Position numbers and translations under genes: made by a program
Shown here: one piece after another, positions 28,526 to 38,846 of the stretch
How the letters are laid out: each line of letters starts with the position of its first letter
Position numbering within the stretch: position 1 is the stretch's first letter
Assembly (NCBI GenBank): GCA_023384355.1
Contig: JAHDWL010000002.1
Coordinates: 159,667 to 223,666 of the forward strand
Source: Anaerolineae bacterium
GTDB lineage: Bacteria; Chloroflexota; Anaerolineae; Promineifilales; Promineifilaceae
Length of the DNA stretch: 64,000 nucleotides
Direction of reading: 5' to 3'
Notes under the pieces: model-generated
The model's input: the letters and a program-made list of their open reading frames with translations, nothing else
Databases searched by the model: none
Told to the model about the DNA's origin: nothing

Positions 28526-29809
28526 TTGTCGAAACAGATTCAGCGGCTTACCGGTATGCACGACGTGCTGCCGGACGAGCGGCGCTATTGGGACACGATC
28601 TCCCGCGCGGCCGAGGAAGTGACCCGGCGCTTCGGCTTCCAGCGCATTGACACCCCGATTCTTGAGGCCACGGAGTTGTTTGCCCGCGGCGTGGGCGAAG
28701 GTTCGGATTTCTTCGTCCAGAAAGAGATGTACACCATCGTGGAGGCCGACGGCTCAAGCATCACCTTGCGCCCGGAGTTCACAGCCGGGTTCGTGCGCGC
28801 TTATATTTCCAACGGGCTGCACAACTGGTCACAGCCGGTCAAGCTTTATACCATCGGCCCCAGCTTCCGGCGCGAACGACCACAGGCAGGCCGGTTACGG
28901 CAACATAGCCAGTTCAATTGCGAGATCATGGGCGAGGAAGACCCTGCGGCCGACGTCGAAGTCATGATGGTGGCCATGAGCCTCTACCGCGAACTGGGTT
29001 TCAAAGGGTTGGTCTTCCAACTGAACAGCACCGGCTGCCCGGTTTGCAAACCCGGCTACATCAGGGAACTCGTCGCCTTTCTGGACAATCATTATGACAG
29101 GCTGGCCGACATCGATAAGGAACGGCTGACCAAGAACCCGTTGCGCGTGCTCGACAGCAAGGCCCCGGGTATGGAAGCGCTTTTGGCCGGCGCGCCGCAC
29201 ATTGCCGACTACCTGTGCGACGATTGCCGCGAGCATTTTGCCGACGTCCGGTCGCTGCTCGATGTGCTCGGGCAGTCGTATACGATCAATTTCCGGCTGG
29301 TGCGCGGCATTGATTACTACACCAAGACCGTCTTCGAGGTGTGGCAAGAGGGGATTGGCGCCCAGGCGGCGCTCTGTGGCGGCGGCCGTTACGATGGACT
29401 GTCGGAGGACATCGGCGGCCCGCCCACGCCCGGTGTCGGTTTCGGCTCCGGCATCGAGCGCGTGATGCTGGGAATGAAGGAGCAGGGTATCGAGCCGGCG
29501 GCAGCCACCCCGTTGCCGATTCTGGTGGCGCATTTTGGCGGGGCGACCAAGACGGCCGCCGTGCGACTGGTCTACCGACTGCGTGACGCAGGGATCGGCG
29601 CGAGACTAGCTTTCGCCCGCGGCAGTCGCAGTCTGAAGAGCCAGATGCGCGAGGCGGATCATCATGGCGCGCGCTACGTCCTGATCCTCGGCGAGGACGA
29701 GATAACCCGTGGCGTCGTCGCCGTCAAGCCGCTGGTCGAGGGTGAGCAACAATCCCAGGTCGCACTGGATGAGATTGTCGGGTGGCTGGCGGAGCGAATT
29801 ACCTCGTGA
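28526..29809 (+). CDS. hisS: Histidine--tRNA ligase
   Basis: GMHD, QKEMY, LRPEFTA, FRRERPQAGRLRQHSQ, LVRGIDYY, GGGRYDGL; probable TTG start after GGAGG (alternative GTG 28514). Confidence 0.96.
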   Translation: MSKQIQRLTGMHDVLPDERRYWDTISRAAEEVTRRFGFQRIDTPILEATELFARGVGEGSDFFVQKEMYTIVEADGSSITLRPEFTAGFVRAYISNGLHNWSQPVKLYTIGPSFRRERPQAGRLRQHSQFNCEIMGEEDPAADVEVMMVAMSLYRELGFKGLVFQLNSTGCPVCKPGYIRELVAFLDNHYDRLADIDKERLTKNPLRVLDSKAPGMEALLAGAPHIADYLCDDCREHFADVRSLLDVLGQSYTINFRLVRGIDYYTKTVFEVWQEGIGAQAALCGGGRYDGLSEDIGGPPTPGVGFGSGIERVMLGMKEQGIEPAAATPLPILVAHFGGATKTAAVRLVYRLRDAGIGARLAFARGSRSLKSQMREADHHGARYVLILGEDEITRGVVAVKPLVEGEQQSQVALDEIVGWLAERITS

Positions 29810-29906
29810 GCGGGATCGGCCACAGGGGACTGCCCGGCAATCATTCGATTTGGCGGATGATGCCCGTTCCTGTCACCAACAATATCCAACCGGTCGATCC
29901 CTGCCT

Positions 29907-30776
29907 ATGAAACTCGTCGGTATTCTGGAGCAACCGCGTATACCGGAGTCCGCGCCATTGGCGATAGACGTGCGCAACTGGCTGGCCGAGCGCGGCCTGC
30001 AATCGTGGACAGCCGCGCCGCTGAATGATGAAGACCTGAACGCTCCGCTGGAGGAGTCCTCGTTGCTGGTCGTCCTCGGCGGCGATGGATCGACACTGCG
30101 CGCGGCGCGTTGGACAGTCCCCTATAGCGTGCCGATTTTCGGCATCAACGTCGGCCGCGTCGGATTCCTGAGCGAGGCGACGCCGGAGAACTGGCCTGAA
30201 AAGCTGGAGCGCGTGTTGCGCGGGGAGTACTGGATCGAGCGGCGACTGTTGCTCCAGGCCGAGCTGTGGCGGGATGGCCGTCTTGTCGCGCCTTTCTCGG
30301 CGTTGAACGAGGTCGTGATCGGCCGCGGCGCTCAGGCGCGAGTTGTCCATCTGCACCTGCGGGTCGACGGCGATCTGGTGACGACTTACATCGCCGACGC
30401 GCTTATCGTCGCCACGCCTACCGGCTCCACCGCCTATGCGATGGCTGCCGGCGGTCCGCTCATGCCGCCGCAATTGCAGAACCTGGTGGTCGTGCCGGTG
30501 GCCGCGCATCTGAGCCTCAACCGGTCGCTGGTGTTGCATGAAAACGCGAAGATATCGGTTCAGGTAGAGATGAGTCATGAGGCCTTTCTGACGGCCGACG
30601 GGCAAAAGAGCACGCCGGTGATGGATGGCGACGAGATCATCATCACCAGGAATGATCGGACGTGCAGCTTCGCGCGCGTCGAAAGTTCGGGCTATTTCTA
30701 CCGTCGGCTGATGGGCCGGTTAGGCTTCAGCTGGCCGCATTTGAATATAGGTCAGAACCGGGACGGCAAAGCTTAG
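29907..30776 (+). CDS. nadK: NAD(+)/NADH kinase
   Basis: LGGDGSTL, GINVGRVGFL, ALNEVVI, ATPTGSTAYAMAAGGP. Confidence 0.95.
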   Translation: MKLVGILEQPRIPESAPLAIDVRNWLAERGLQSWTAAPLNDEDLNAPLEESSLLVVLGGDGSTLRAARWTVPYSVPIFGINVGRVGFLSEATPENWPEKLERVLRGEYWIERRLLLQAELWRDGRLVAPFSALNEVVIGRGAQARVVHLHLRVDGDLVTTYIADALIVATPTGSTAYAMAAGGPLMPPQLQNLVVVPVAAHLSLNRSLVLHENAKISVQVEMSHEAFLTADGQKSTPVMDGDEIIITRNDRTCSFARVESSGYFYRRLMGRLGFSWPHLNIGQNRDGKA

Positions 30777-30863
30777 TGACCATTCATCCGCCTCTTGCCG
30801 AAAATTCAGGTGATGCGAGGAAAATCGCCAGGCAATCGTACCTAACGATGGAAATCAGGGAAT

Positions 30864-31757
30864 ATGGCAATAAAAGAACCGCGACTCCGCTCGTTGCTTG
30901 TACAGGCTGAGCGTAACGCAAATTACGGGAAAAACGCGGCCGCGGAGAGTATCTACCGGCAAATACTGGAAGAATCGCCCGATGCTGAGGAAGCCTGGGT
31001 TGGTTTGGCCGGCGTGCTCACCGGCCCCGACGAGAAGCGTGCGGCCTACGAGCGAGCGTTGACCTTCGCGCCGGACTATCCGGAGGCCGTGGCCGGGCTG
31101 GCGCGGCTGGACGGCCGGCCGGTGCCGCCGGAAATTGAGGCGAAGCTGGCCGCGAAACCAGGCCCGGAGGAGCCGACTACCCTGAAACCCACGGTGGAAA
31201 CGGAGGTGGAGGAGGAAGATGATGCTCCATACGCGGCCGAGGTTCAATACGATCTGTATTGCTATCGACATCCGGACCGCGCCACTTCATTGCGATGCTA
31301 CAACTGCAACCGGCCGATCTGCATCAGTTGCGCCAATAAAACGCCTGTCGGTTATATCTGCCCTGAATGCCAACGGGAGGCCGAGGACGCCTTCTTCAAC
31401 AGCAAGCCACTCGATTACCTGATCGCCGCGCTGGTGTCGTTTCCGATCAGCCTGCTTGCCGGATATCTGATCGTCCGGTTTTTCAACGGTGTTTTTTTGT
31501 ACTACATCCTGATTTTCTTTGCCAGCGGGGCGGTCGGCAGCTTCATCGGCCGGATTACCAAGCGCGCCATCGGCGGGCGAAGAGGTCGTTATCTGCCGGG
31601 ACTGGTAGTGGCGATGATGATTCTGGGGGTTGTCATCCCTGCCCTGCCGTTCCTGCTGGCGATATTGGTTGGAGACCTCCGGGTATTGCGGCAGCTCCTG
31701 GGGCCGGGCATTTACCTGTTTGTGGCCGCCAGTGCCGCCTACTGGCAAATGCGCTAA
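30864..31757 (+). CDS. Hypothetical TPR-like + Cys/His zinc-finger + multi-TM membrane protein
   Basis: N-terminal TPR-like helices (EEAWVGLA...AAYERALTFAPDYPEA), CYRHP..CYNCNRPICISC...ICPEC, about 4 C-terminal TM segments. Confidence 0.7.
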   Translation: MAIKEPRLRSLLVQAERNANYGKNAAAESIYRQILEESPDAEEAWVGLAGVLTGPDEKRAAYERALTFAPDYPEAVAGLARLDGRPVPPEIEAKLAAKPGPEEPTTLKPTVETEVEEEDDAPYAAEVQYDLYCYRHPDRATSLRCYNCNRPICISCANKTPVGYICPECQREAEDAFFNSKPLDYLIAALVSFPISLLAGYLIVRFFNGVFLYYILIFFASGAVGSFIGRITKRAIGGRRGRYLPGLVVAMMILGVVIPALPFLLAILVGDLRVLRQLLGPGIYLFVAASAAYWQMR

Positions 31758-31769
31758 TATTTAATTGTC

Positions 31770-33536
31770 ATGCTATCGGAACTGTTCATCCGCAATTTTG
31801 CGATTATCGATGAGCTTCGCCTTCGACTGAACACCGGCTTCAACGTCCTGACGGGCGAGACGGGGGCCGGAAAATCCATCATTCTTGACGCCGTTACGTT
31901 GGTCATGGGCGGTCGCGCCGACGCGACGTCGATCCGCGCCGGAAGCGATGCGGCTCATGTGGAGGCCACTTTTCGCCTGGAGGAAGCCCTTCAGTCTACC
32001 CTGCAACCCATCCTGGAAGCCGAGGGTTTGGACGAAGAGGACGTCGAATTTCTGACGCTGGCGCGGGAGATGCGGGCCAACGGCCGGAATATCTGCCGGG
32101 TCAACGGCCGCACAGTCAGTCTCTCCGTCCTGCGCCAGATCGCCGACCCGCTTATCGATATTCACGGCCAGGGGGAGCACCTGTCTCTGCTGCGGCCGCG
32201 CGCCCACCAGCCGCTGCTGGATGCGTTCGGCGGGCTGGAGCCTGAAAGGCGCGAGTTGTCGGCCGAGGTCCACAAGCTCCATACCTTGCAACGCGAACTT
32301 GACGGATTGCTGCGCGATCGGCGCGACATGGCCTTGCGGATGGAGATGCTCCAGTTCAAGGCCCAGGAGATCGCTGCTGCCGCGTTGCAGCCGGGCGAGG
32401 AAGAGTCGTTGCGCATCGAACGGGTGCGGCTGGCCAATGCCGAGCAACTGGGGCGCTATGCGGGCGAGGCGGTGGCCCTGCTCTCGACGGTTGATGAGGA
32501 TCGCCCGTCGGTGATCGATTTGTTGGGTCGGGTTGAACACCTTATGACCCAACTGGCGCGGCTGGACGACACGCGGCAGGAATCTCTGGCCGGTCTCCAG
32601 GGAATCAGCTTTCAGTTGTCCGAGACGGCGGCCGAGATTCAGGATTATCTGGAAGCGCTGGAGTATGAGCCGCGCCGCCTTAACGCGGTCGAAGGACGGC
32701 TGGAGCTGATCAGCGACCTGAAGCGTAAGTACGGCGAGAGCGATGTCGCCGGATTGATGGTCGCCGCCGAGCGGGCGGCCGCCGAGTTGAAGACGCTGGA
32801 GAACAGCGGCGCGCGCGTGGCCGAACTGGAGGCCGAGCAGGAAGATTATTTACATCGTATCGGGCAGATGGCGGCGAGATTGTCCGGGAAGCGGCGGGAG
32901 GTGGCTGTGCGGCTGTCGGCCGCCGTGGAATCCCACCTGGCCGATCTCAAGATGGAAGGCGCGCGCTTTGGCGTCGATTTTCAAACACAGACAGCCGCCG
33001 GCGGTTGCTATGTCACGACCGACGACGGCGAGAAACGTCTCGCGTTCGACCAGACCGGCATCGACCAGATCGAGTTCCTCATCTCGGCCAACCCCGGCGA
33101 GCCGCTGAAGCCATTGGCGCGGGTCGCCAGTGGCGGCGAGACGGCGCGACTGATGCTGGCGCTGAAGACCGCGCTGGCCCAGGTAGACCGGACACCGACG
33201 CTTATCTTCGATGAGATCGATCAGGGCATCGGCGGGCGGGTCGGCGATATCGTCGGCCGCAAGCTCTGGGGACTGGCGGCCGAGGGAGGCCACCAGGTTG
33301 TCGTCGTCACCCATCTGCCACAACTCGCCGGTTATGGCGACGCCCATTTCCACGTCAGCAAGGTGGTGGATGACGGGCGCACCATCACCCACGTGGCCGG
33401 ACTGGACAGGGCCGGCCGGCTGCGGGAACTGGCGGCCATGTTGGGCACGCAGGGCGATACGGCCGTCAGGGGCGCGGAATCCATCCTGAGCCACGTTGAC
33501 CAAATAAAAAACGGCCTGCCGATCGAGGAGTATTAG
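31770..33536 (+). CDS. recN: DNA repair protein RecN
   Basis: LTGETGAGKSI, IHGQGEH, coiled coil, ASGGETARLMLALK, IFDEIDQGIGG, VTHLPQ. Confidence 0.97.
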   Translation: MLSELFIRNFAIIDELRLRLNTGFNVLTGETGAGKSIILDAVTLVMGGRADATSIRAGSDAAHVEATFRLEEALQSTLQPILEAEGLDEEDVEFLTLAREMRANGRNICRVNGRTVSLSVLRQIADPLIDIHGQGEHLSLLRPRAHQPLLDAFGGLEPERRELSAEVHKLHTLQRELDGLLRDRRDMALRMEMLQFKAQEIAAAALQPGEEESLRIERVRLANAEQLGRYAGEAVALLSTVDEDRPSVIDLLGRVEHLMTQLARLDDTRQESLAGLQGISFQLSETAAEIQDYLEALEYEPRRLNAVEGRLELISDLKRKYGESDVAGLMVAAERAAAELKTLENSGARVAELEAEQEDYLHRIGQMAARLSGKRREVAVRLSAAVESHLADLKMEGARFGVDFQTQTAAGGCYVTTDDGEKRLAFDQTGIDQIEFLISANPGEPLKPLARVASGGETARLMLALKTALAQVDRTPTLIFDEIDQGIGGRVGDIVGRKLWGLAAEGGHQVVVVTHLPQLAGYGDAHFHVSKVVDDGRTITHVAGLDRAGRLRELAAMLGTQGDTAVRGAESILSHVDQIKNGLPIEEY

Positions 33537-33546
33537 TCAGGGTACC

Positions 33547-34968
33547 ATGACCACGCAGCGAGTTCGCACGCTTTTTGCCGTCTGGCTGATGATGCTGGAC
33601 GTATTAATGATAGCGCTGGCATTTGTCGCGGCATATCAGCTTCGCGTGTCAATCGACTGGCCGGAACCGCTCGCCAACCAGGTGCCGCTGGCTGACTACC
33701 TCTCTATATTTATTGCCCAGGCGCTGGCCATCGTCACTCTCCTGTTTCTGAATCGGCAGTATTACCTTCCACGGGCGGCTTCGCGCATCGATCAGGTGGT
33801 CTATGTCTTCATCAGCGTGTCGGTGGGCATGCTCATCGCTATCGCGCTGTCGACACTCTTCTACCGGAGCGATCAAGCAATCCTGGATTACCCGCGAACG
33901 ATGCTCGTCTACAATTGGTTCCTGACTATTCTCCTGCTGATGCTCGGCCGGTTCTTCACGAACTGGCTCCGCAAGCGCCTTCAGGATCGCGGTATCGGCA
34001 AGGACAAAGTGCTGCTGGTGGGCACGGGCGACACGGCCCGCATGATCCTGCAACGCATCGTCTGGACGCCGGGACTTGGCTACGATCTGGTGGGCATCAT
34101 TAACGGCGACGGCCAGGAAACTGAAATTCTTGGCGTGCCGATTCTTGGACGACCGGAAGATCTGCCGGAGTTGATTGAGGAATACCGGATCGATGAGGTC
34201 ATCGTGGCCATCCCGGAAAAGGGTCACCGCGAGACGCTGCACGTCATCTCGTATTGCGAGCGTGGCCGCGTCACCATCAAGGTGTTCCCTGACTTGTTCC
34301 AATATATCACCTCAACGGCGGGCATTGAAGACCTTGGCGGCCTGCCGTTGCTCTCCGTGCGCGATTATGCCTTGCGCGGCTACTTGCTGACGCTCAAGCG
34401 TGTGATCGATTTCGTCGGCTCGACGGTCGGGCTGATCTTTCTTTCGCCGTTGATGTTTCTGACTGCGGTGGCCATCAAGCTGGAATCCCCCGGGCCAGTG
34501 TTCTTCGTGCAGCCGCGCATGGGCCTGGACGGCCGCGAGTTCATGATGATCAAATTCAGGTCGATGCGCACCGATGCCGAAAAGGATGGCCCCGGCTGGA
34601 CGGTAAAGGATGACCCGCGCCAGACACGTCTGGGAACGTGGCTGCGCCGGCTTGAGGTCGATGAGCTGCCGAACCTGATCAACGTCTTCCTGGGCGAGAT
34701 GAGCCTGGTCGGCCCGCGGCCGGAGCAGGCCTATTACGTCGAGCAGTTCCGCCGCTATGTACCCCGATACATGGATCGTCACCGAGAAAAAGGGGGGATG
34801 ACGGGTTGGGCACAGGTCAACGGATTACGCGGAGACAGCTCCATCAACGAGCGCACCAAGTATGACCTATGGTACTCGGAGAACTGGTCCATCCTCCTGG
34901 ATACGAAAATTCTGCTGCGAACCCTTTGGCAAATCTTCTCCTCGCGCAACGACGAGCCACGATATTAA
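33547..34968 (+). CDS. Undecaprenyl-phosphate glucose phosphotransferase (WcaJ-like polyprenyl sugar transferase)
   Basis: N-terminal TMs, CoA-binding-like domain, KRVIDF, IKFRSM, DELPNLINV..GEMSLVGPRPE, GMTGWAQV, DLWY. Confidence 0.9.
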   Translation: MTTQRVRTLFAVWLMMLDVLMIALAFVAAYQLRVSIDWPEPLANQVPLADYLSIFIAQALAIVTLLFLNRQYYLPRAASRIDQVVYVFISVSVGMLIAIALSTLFYRSDQAILDYPRTMLVYNWFLTILLLMLGRFFTNWLRKRLQDRGIGKDKVLLVGTGDTARMILQRIVWTPGLGYDLVGIINGDGQETEILGVPILGRPEDLPELIEEYRIDEVIVAIPEKGHRETLHVISYCERGRVTIKVFPDLFQYITSTAGIEDLGGLPLLSVRDYALRGYLLTLKRVIDFVGSTVGLIFLSPLMFLTAVAIKLESPGPVFFVQPRMGLDGREFMMIKFRSMRTDAEKDGPGWTVKDDPRQTRLGTWLRRLEVDELPNLINVFLGEMSLVGPRPEQAYYVEQFRRYVPRYMDRHREKGGMTGWAQVNGLRGDSSINERTKYDLWYSENWSILLDTKILLRTLWQIFSSRNDEPRY

Positions 34969-35010
34969 GTTAGCCCATCATCAGTTCAAACCGATCTAAC
35001 GCGCTTCTTA

Positions 35011-35039
35011 TTGACGTCGATCCGGCGGCATGTTATGAT
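35011..35039 (+). promoter_or_regulatory. Sigma70-type promoter of the hrcA-grpE-dnaK-dnaJ operon
   Basis: TTGACG-17 nt-TATGAT. Confidence 0.7.
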
Positions 35040-35053
35040 CAAAAAAGCCTGAA

Positions 35054-35080
35054 TTAGCACTCGTTATTAAAGAGTGCTAG
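35054..35080 (+). promoter_or_regulatory. CIRCE operator (HrcA binding site)
   Basis: TTAGCACTC-GTTATTAAA-GAGTGCTAG, one mismatch from TTAGCACTC-N9-GAGTGCTAA, directly upstream of hrcA. Confidence 0.93.
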
Positions 35081-35168
35081 CAGGATGTGAAATCGAGAGA
35101 GGCGACACGACCGGGTTCAGCCGCGGGAGATGGCTGGTCACCCGGTCGATGATTGCATTGTGGGCACG

Positions 35169-36260
35169 ATGGAATTGCAGCAATTGACCGAGCGACAGGA
35201 ACGAATCCTGGCCATGGTTGTCCGTAGCTACATTGAGACGGGCAGGCCGGTCGGTTCACGCGCGCTGGTCGAGGAATACGGCCTTGACGTCAGTTCCGCC
35301 ACCGTGCGCAATGACTTTGCAACTTTGGGGGAGTTGGGGTACGTGACCCAGTTGCACACCTCGGCCGGTCGAATCCCCACAGAGCGCGGTTACCGCTACT
35401 TCGTCCAGAAGCTCCTCGGCGAGTTCCATCTGCCGCTCCACGAGCGCCAGATGATTCGCCACCAGTTTCATCAGGCGCGGCTTGAACTCGAACAGTGGAT
35501 GCGGTTGTCGGCGGCCACACTGGCCCGCACATCAGGCAGTGCCAGCTTCGTTACCGCCCCTCAATCCAGAGCCAATCGCTTCAAACACGTGCAACTCATC
35601 GCCACGCAAGACCGTCTGGTGTTGATGGTTCTGGTATTATTTGGCGGTGAGGTCAAACAGCAGATGCTGACCCTGGCTGAGCCGTTGCCTCAGAATCGCC
35701 TGAGCGTCGCGGCCGACCGGCTGAACGCGTTCTTCCTGGATATGGAGGCGGACGACATTGCCGCCCGTCTGAGCGGCCTGCACCTTGACACACTTGAGAC
35801 CGAAATTGCCGGCCTGGTGCTCGATATCTTGCATCGCAAGGACAACCAGCCGATCAGCGATATTTATCGCGATGGACTGGTCAATATTTTGGATGACGAG
35901 GGTACCCGGCAGGCGGTTCGGCTGCTCGAGGAGCGCACGCTGCTGGCGTCTGTTCTGTTGGAGCAGGAAGCACAGGGCGGCGAAGGGGTTCAGGTGGTCA
36001 TCGGTGGCGATGGCCGGTGGGAGGAACTGCGGGATTGCACGATGATCCTCTCACGATACGGTGTGACGGACAGTTTTTCCGGCACGCTGGCCGTCGTTGG
36101 TCCCACGCGGATGCCTTATGACCGTAATGTGGCCGCGGTGCGCTATGTGGCGGACCTGATGAGCGGCTTTGTCTATGATTATTTCGTACAGGCGTCGACG
36201 GACACGCGCGGCAACACCCTGTACCAGATTGAGGTTGATGAAAGTGACAGTATCGAATAA
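35169..36260 (+). CDS. hrcA: Heat-inducible transcription repressor HrcA
   Basis: LTERQERIL..VVRSYIETGRPVGSR, VSSATVRND, HTSAGRIPTERGYRYFV, VGPTRMPY. Confidence 0.96.
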   Translation: MELQQLTERQERILAMVVRSYIETGRPVGSRALVEEYGLDVSSATVRNDFATLGELGYVTQLHTSAGRIPTERGYRYFVQKLLGEFHLPLHERQMIRHQFHQARLELEQWMRLSAATLARTSGSASFVTAPQSRANRFKHVQLIATQDRLVLMVLVLFGGEVKQQMLTLAEPLPQNRLSVAADRLNAFFLDMEADDIAARLSGLHLDTLETEIAGLVLDILHRKDNQPISDIYRDGLVNILDDEGTRQAVRLLEERTLLASVLLEQEAQGGEGVQVVIGGDGRWEELRDCTMILSRYGVTDSFSGTLAVVGPTRMPYDRNVAAVRYVADLMSGFVYDYFVQASTDTRGNTLYQIEVDESDSIE

Positions 36261-36792
36261 CGAACATGAGTGGGAAGCGGTTGCCGAAGCCGGCGACGGG
36301 GTTGACCCCGCCGATATTGAGGAGCAGGAAACCGCGTCCCTGGAAGAACAACTGGCTGCGGCCCAATCCGAGGCCGCGCGAAATCTGGACGGCTGGCAGC
36401 GTACTCAGGCCGAGTTTGCCAACGCGCGCAAGCGGTTCGACAAGCAACGCGCCGAGACTTTTATGGCCGCCAATATCGATCTCGTCAGCAAGCTGCTGCC
36501 GTTGATCGATGATTTTGAGCGCGCTCTGGACTTGGTGCCGGAGGGCGAAAGAAACGATCCCTGGGTCTCCGGCATGGCGCTTGTCCATCGCAAAATGCTG
36601 GCGATCCTGGAGGAAATGAATGTGCAGCCGATTGTGGCCGTGGGTGAGGACTTTGATCCCACGCTGCATGAGGCATGGTCCCACGAGCCGTCCGACATTT
36701 ACGGCAGCGGTGTTGTGGTTCGCGAAATGAGGCGTGGATATCGACTAGGTGACCGGGTGATTCGACCGGCGCTGGTATCGGTCGCCCCCTAA
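36244..36792 (+). CDS. grpE: Nucleotide exchange factor GrpE
   Basis: QRTQAEFANARKR, LLPLIDDFERA, FDPTLHEA, GYRLGDRVIRPALVSV; start uncertain (36238 or 36244). Confidence 0.93.
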   Translation: MTVSNNEHEWEAVAEAGDGVDPADIEEQETASLEEQLAAAQSEAARNLDGWQRTQAEFANARKRFDKQRAETFMAANIDLVSKLLPLIDDFERALDLVPEGERNDPWVSGMALVHRKMLAILEEMNVQPIVAVGEDFDPTLHEAWSHEPSDIYGSGVVVREMRRGYRLGDRVIRPALVSVAP

Positions 36793-36820
36793 CAATCTAT
36801 CAAGAATGAGGTCACACTAA

Positions 36821-38728
36821 ATGGCAACAATAATCGGTATCGACTTGGGCACAACGAACTCCGTTGTCGCCGTGATGGAAGGTGGGGAGCCGGTCGTCAT
36901 CCCCAGTTCGGAGGGGAGCCGCCTGTTCCCTTCCGTGGTCGCCGTTAATCCGAAGACGGGTGAGCGACTGGTGGGTCAGGTGGCCAAGCGTCAAGCGGTC
37001 ATCAACCCTCACAACACGATCTATTCGGTCAAGCGGTTTATGGGCCGTAAATTCAGCGACCCAGAAGTTAAGCGTGCCCTTGCCTATGTGCCCTACGAGG
37101 TGAAGGAAGCGCCGAATGGCGATGTGCGCGTGATCATGAACGGCCGGGAATATTCCCCGCCGGAAATCTCGGCCATGATTCTGCAGAAGATCAAGGCCGA
37201 CGCTGAGGCTTACCTGGGCCAGACTGTGACCCAGGCCGTCATCACGGTGCCGGCCTACTTCAACGACAGCCAGCGCCAGGCCACGAAGGATGCCGGGAAA
37301 ATTGCCGGGCTGGAAGTACTGCGTATCGTCAATGAGCCGACAGCCTCATCGCTGGCCTACGGGCTGGGCAACAAAAAGGACGAAGTTATCGCCGTCTATG
37401 ACCTGGGTGGCGGCACGTTCGACATCTCCATCCTGGAAGTCGGCGACGGCGTTTTCGAGGTGAAGTCGACCAACGGCGACACCTTCCTGGGCGGCGACGA
37501 CTTCGACCAGCGAATCATCGACTGGGCGGCCGACCAGTTCAAAATGGAAGAGGGGATCGACCTTCGCAACGACAAACAGGCGCTGCAACGTTTGCGCGAA
37601 GCGGCCGAGAAGGCGAAGGTGGAGCTTTCGACCACCATGCAGAGCGAGCTGAACCTGCCGTTCATTACCGCTGACGCCACCGGCCCCAAGCACATGAACC
37701 TGACCCTGACCCGCGCCAAGCTTGAGCAGCTCACCGAAAATCTGGTGCAACGCTCCATCGAGCCTTGCCGCAAGGCCCTGAAGGATGCCGGGCTGACGGT
37801 CAACGACATCACCGAGGTCATTCTGGTCGGCGGCATGACGCGCATGCCCGCCATCCAGGAAGCGGTGCGCTCGTTCTTCGGCAAGGAGCCGCACAAGGGT
37901 GTGAACCCTGATGAAGTTGTGGCTCTGGGCGCGGCCATCCAGGCCGGCGTTTTGGGCGGCGACGTCAAGGAAGTCGTTTTGCTCGACGTCACGCCGTTGA
38001 CGCTGGGCATTGAGACGCTGGGCGGCGTGGCGACACCCCTGATCGAGCGCAACACGACCATCCCGACCAAGAAGAGCCAGGTGTTTTCGACGGCCGCCGA
38101 CGGCCAGACGCAGGTGGAGATACATGTCGTCCAGGGCGAGCGCCCCATGGCCGGCGATAACAAGAGTCTCGGCCGCTTCATTCTCGACGGGTTGCCGCCC
38201 GCTCCGCGTGGCGTGCCCCAGATCGAGGTCTCTTTTGACATTGACGCCAACGGTATCCTGAACGTGAGCGCCCGCGACAAGGCGACGAACCGCCAGCAGG
38301 CCATGCAGATCATCCCCTCCAGCGGTTTGGCCAAGGAGGAAATCGACCGAATGATGCGCGACGCCGAAAGCCACGCCGCCGAGGATACCCGTCGCAAGGA
38401 AGAGGTTGAGGCGCGCAACATCGCCGATTCGGCTGTCTACGGCGCTGAGAAGTTCCTGTCCGACAATGGCGACAAGATCCCTGAGCAAAACCGGGCGGAT
38501 GTCCAGACCCAGATCGAGGCGGTCAAGTCGGCCATGAGCAGCGGCGACACGACCGGGATGCAGCAAGCGGCCGAGCGCCTGCAGCAGGCTTTGCAGCAGG
38601 CCGGTGCGGCCATGTACCAGGCGGGCGCTGCCGGCCCGGAGAGCGACGGCGGCCCCGAAGCCGGCCCCTCGAGCAATGGCCGTTCCGATGAGGATGTGGT
38701 CGAGGGCGAGTTTAGCGACGCGAACTAA
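36821..38728 (+). CDS. dnaK: Chaperone DnaK (Hsp70)
   Basis: [48 protein letters not shown]-terminal VVEGEF. Confidence 0.99.
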   Translation: MATIIGIDLGTTNSVVAVMEGGEPVVIPSSEGSRLFPSVVAVNPKTGERLVGQVAKRQAVINPHNTIYSVKRFMGRKFSDPEVKRALAYVPYEVKEAPNGDVRVIMNGREYSPPEISAMILQKIKADAEAYLGQTVTQAVITVPAYFNDSQRQATKDAGKIAGLEVLRIVNEPTASSLAYGLGNKKDEVIAVYDLGGGTFDISILEVGDGVFEVKSTNGDTFLGGDDFDQRIIDWAADQFKMEEGIDLRNDKQALQRLREAAEKAKVELSTTMQSELNLPFITADATGPKHMNLTLTRAKLEQLTENLVQRSIEPCRKALKDAGLTVNDITEVILVGGMTRMPAIQEAVRSFFGKEPHKGVNPDEVVALGAAIQAGVLGGDVKEVVLLDVTPLTLGIETLGGVATPLIERNTTIPTKKSQVFSTAADGQTQVEIHVVQGERPMAGDNKSLGRFILDGLPPAPRGVPQIEVSFDIDANGILNVSARDKATNRQQAMQIIPSSGLAKEEIDRMMRDAESHAAEDTRRKEEVEARNIADSAVYGAEKFLSDNGDKIPEQNRADVQTQIEAVKSAMSSGDTTGMQQAAERLQQALQQAGAAMYQAGAAGPESDGGPEAGPSSNGRSDEDVVEGEFSDAN

Positions 38729-38748
38729 ATCATCCAGACGGTTCCGGA

Positions 38749-38811
38749 CAGGTCGGCGATATGTGGCTCGATTAGCACTGATGCCTAAATCGCCGACCTG
38801 CCGGGTTTTTG
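38749..38811 (+). terminator. Hairpin between dnaK and dnaJ
   Basis: CAGGTCGGCGAT...ATCGCCGACCTG 12-bp inverted repeat followed by ccgggTTTTT. Confidence 0.55.
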
Positions 38812-38846
38812 GTTTGACGTTTATATTTTCTGATTCTCACTAATCT

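Noticed and set aside
37346-38566. 406-aa and 341-aa minus-strand ORFs inside dnaK
   Set aside because: Well-known antisense open frames of dnaK in GC-rich genomes; no independent evidence.
38772-38798. TTAGCACT half-site between dnaK and dnaJ
   Set aside because: No right half (GAGTGCTAA); it lies in the loop of a hairpin.
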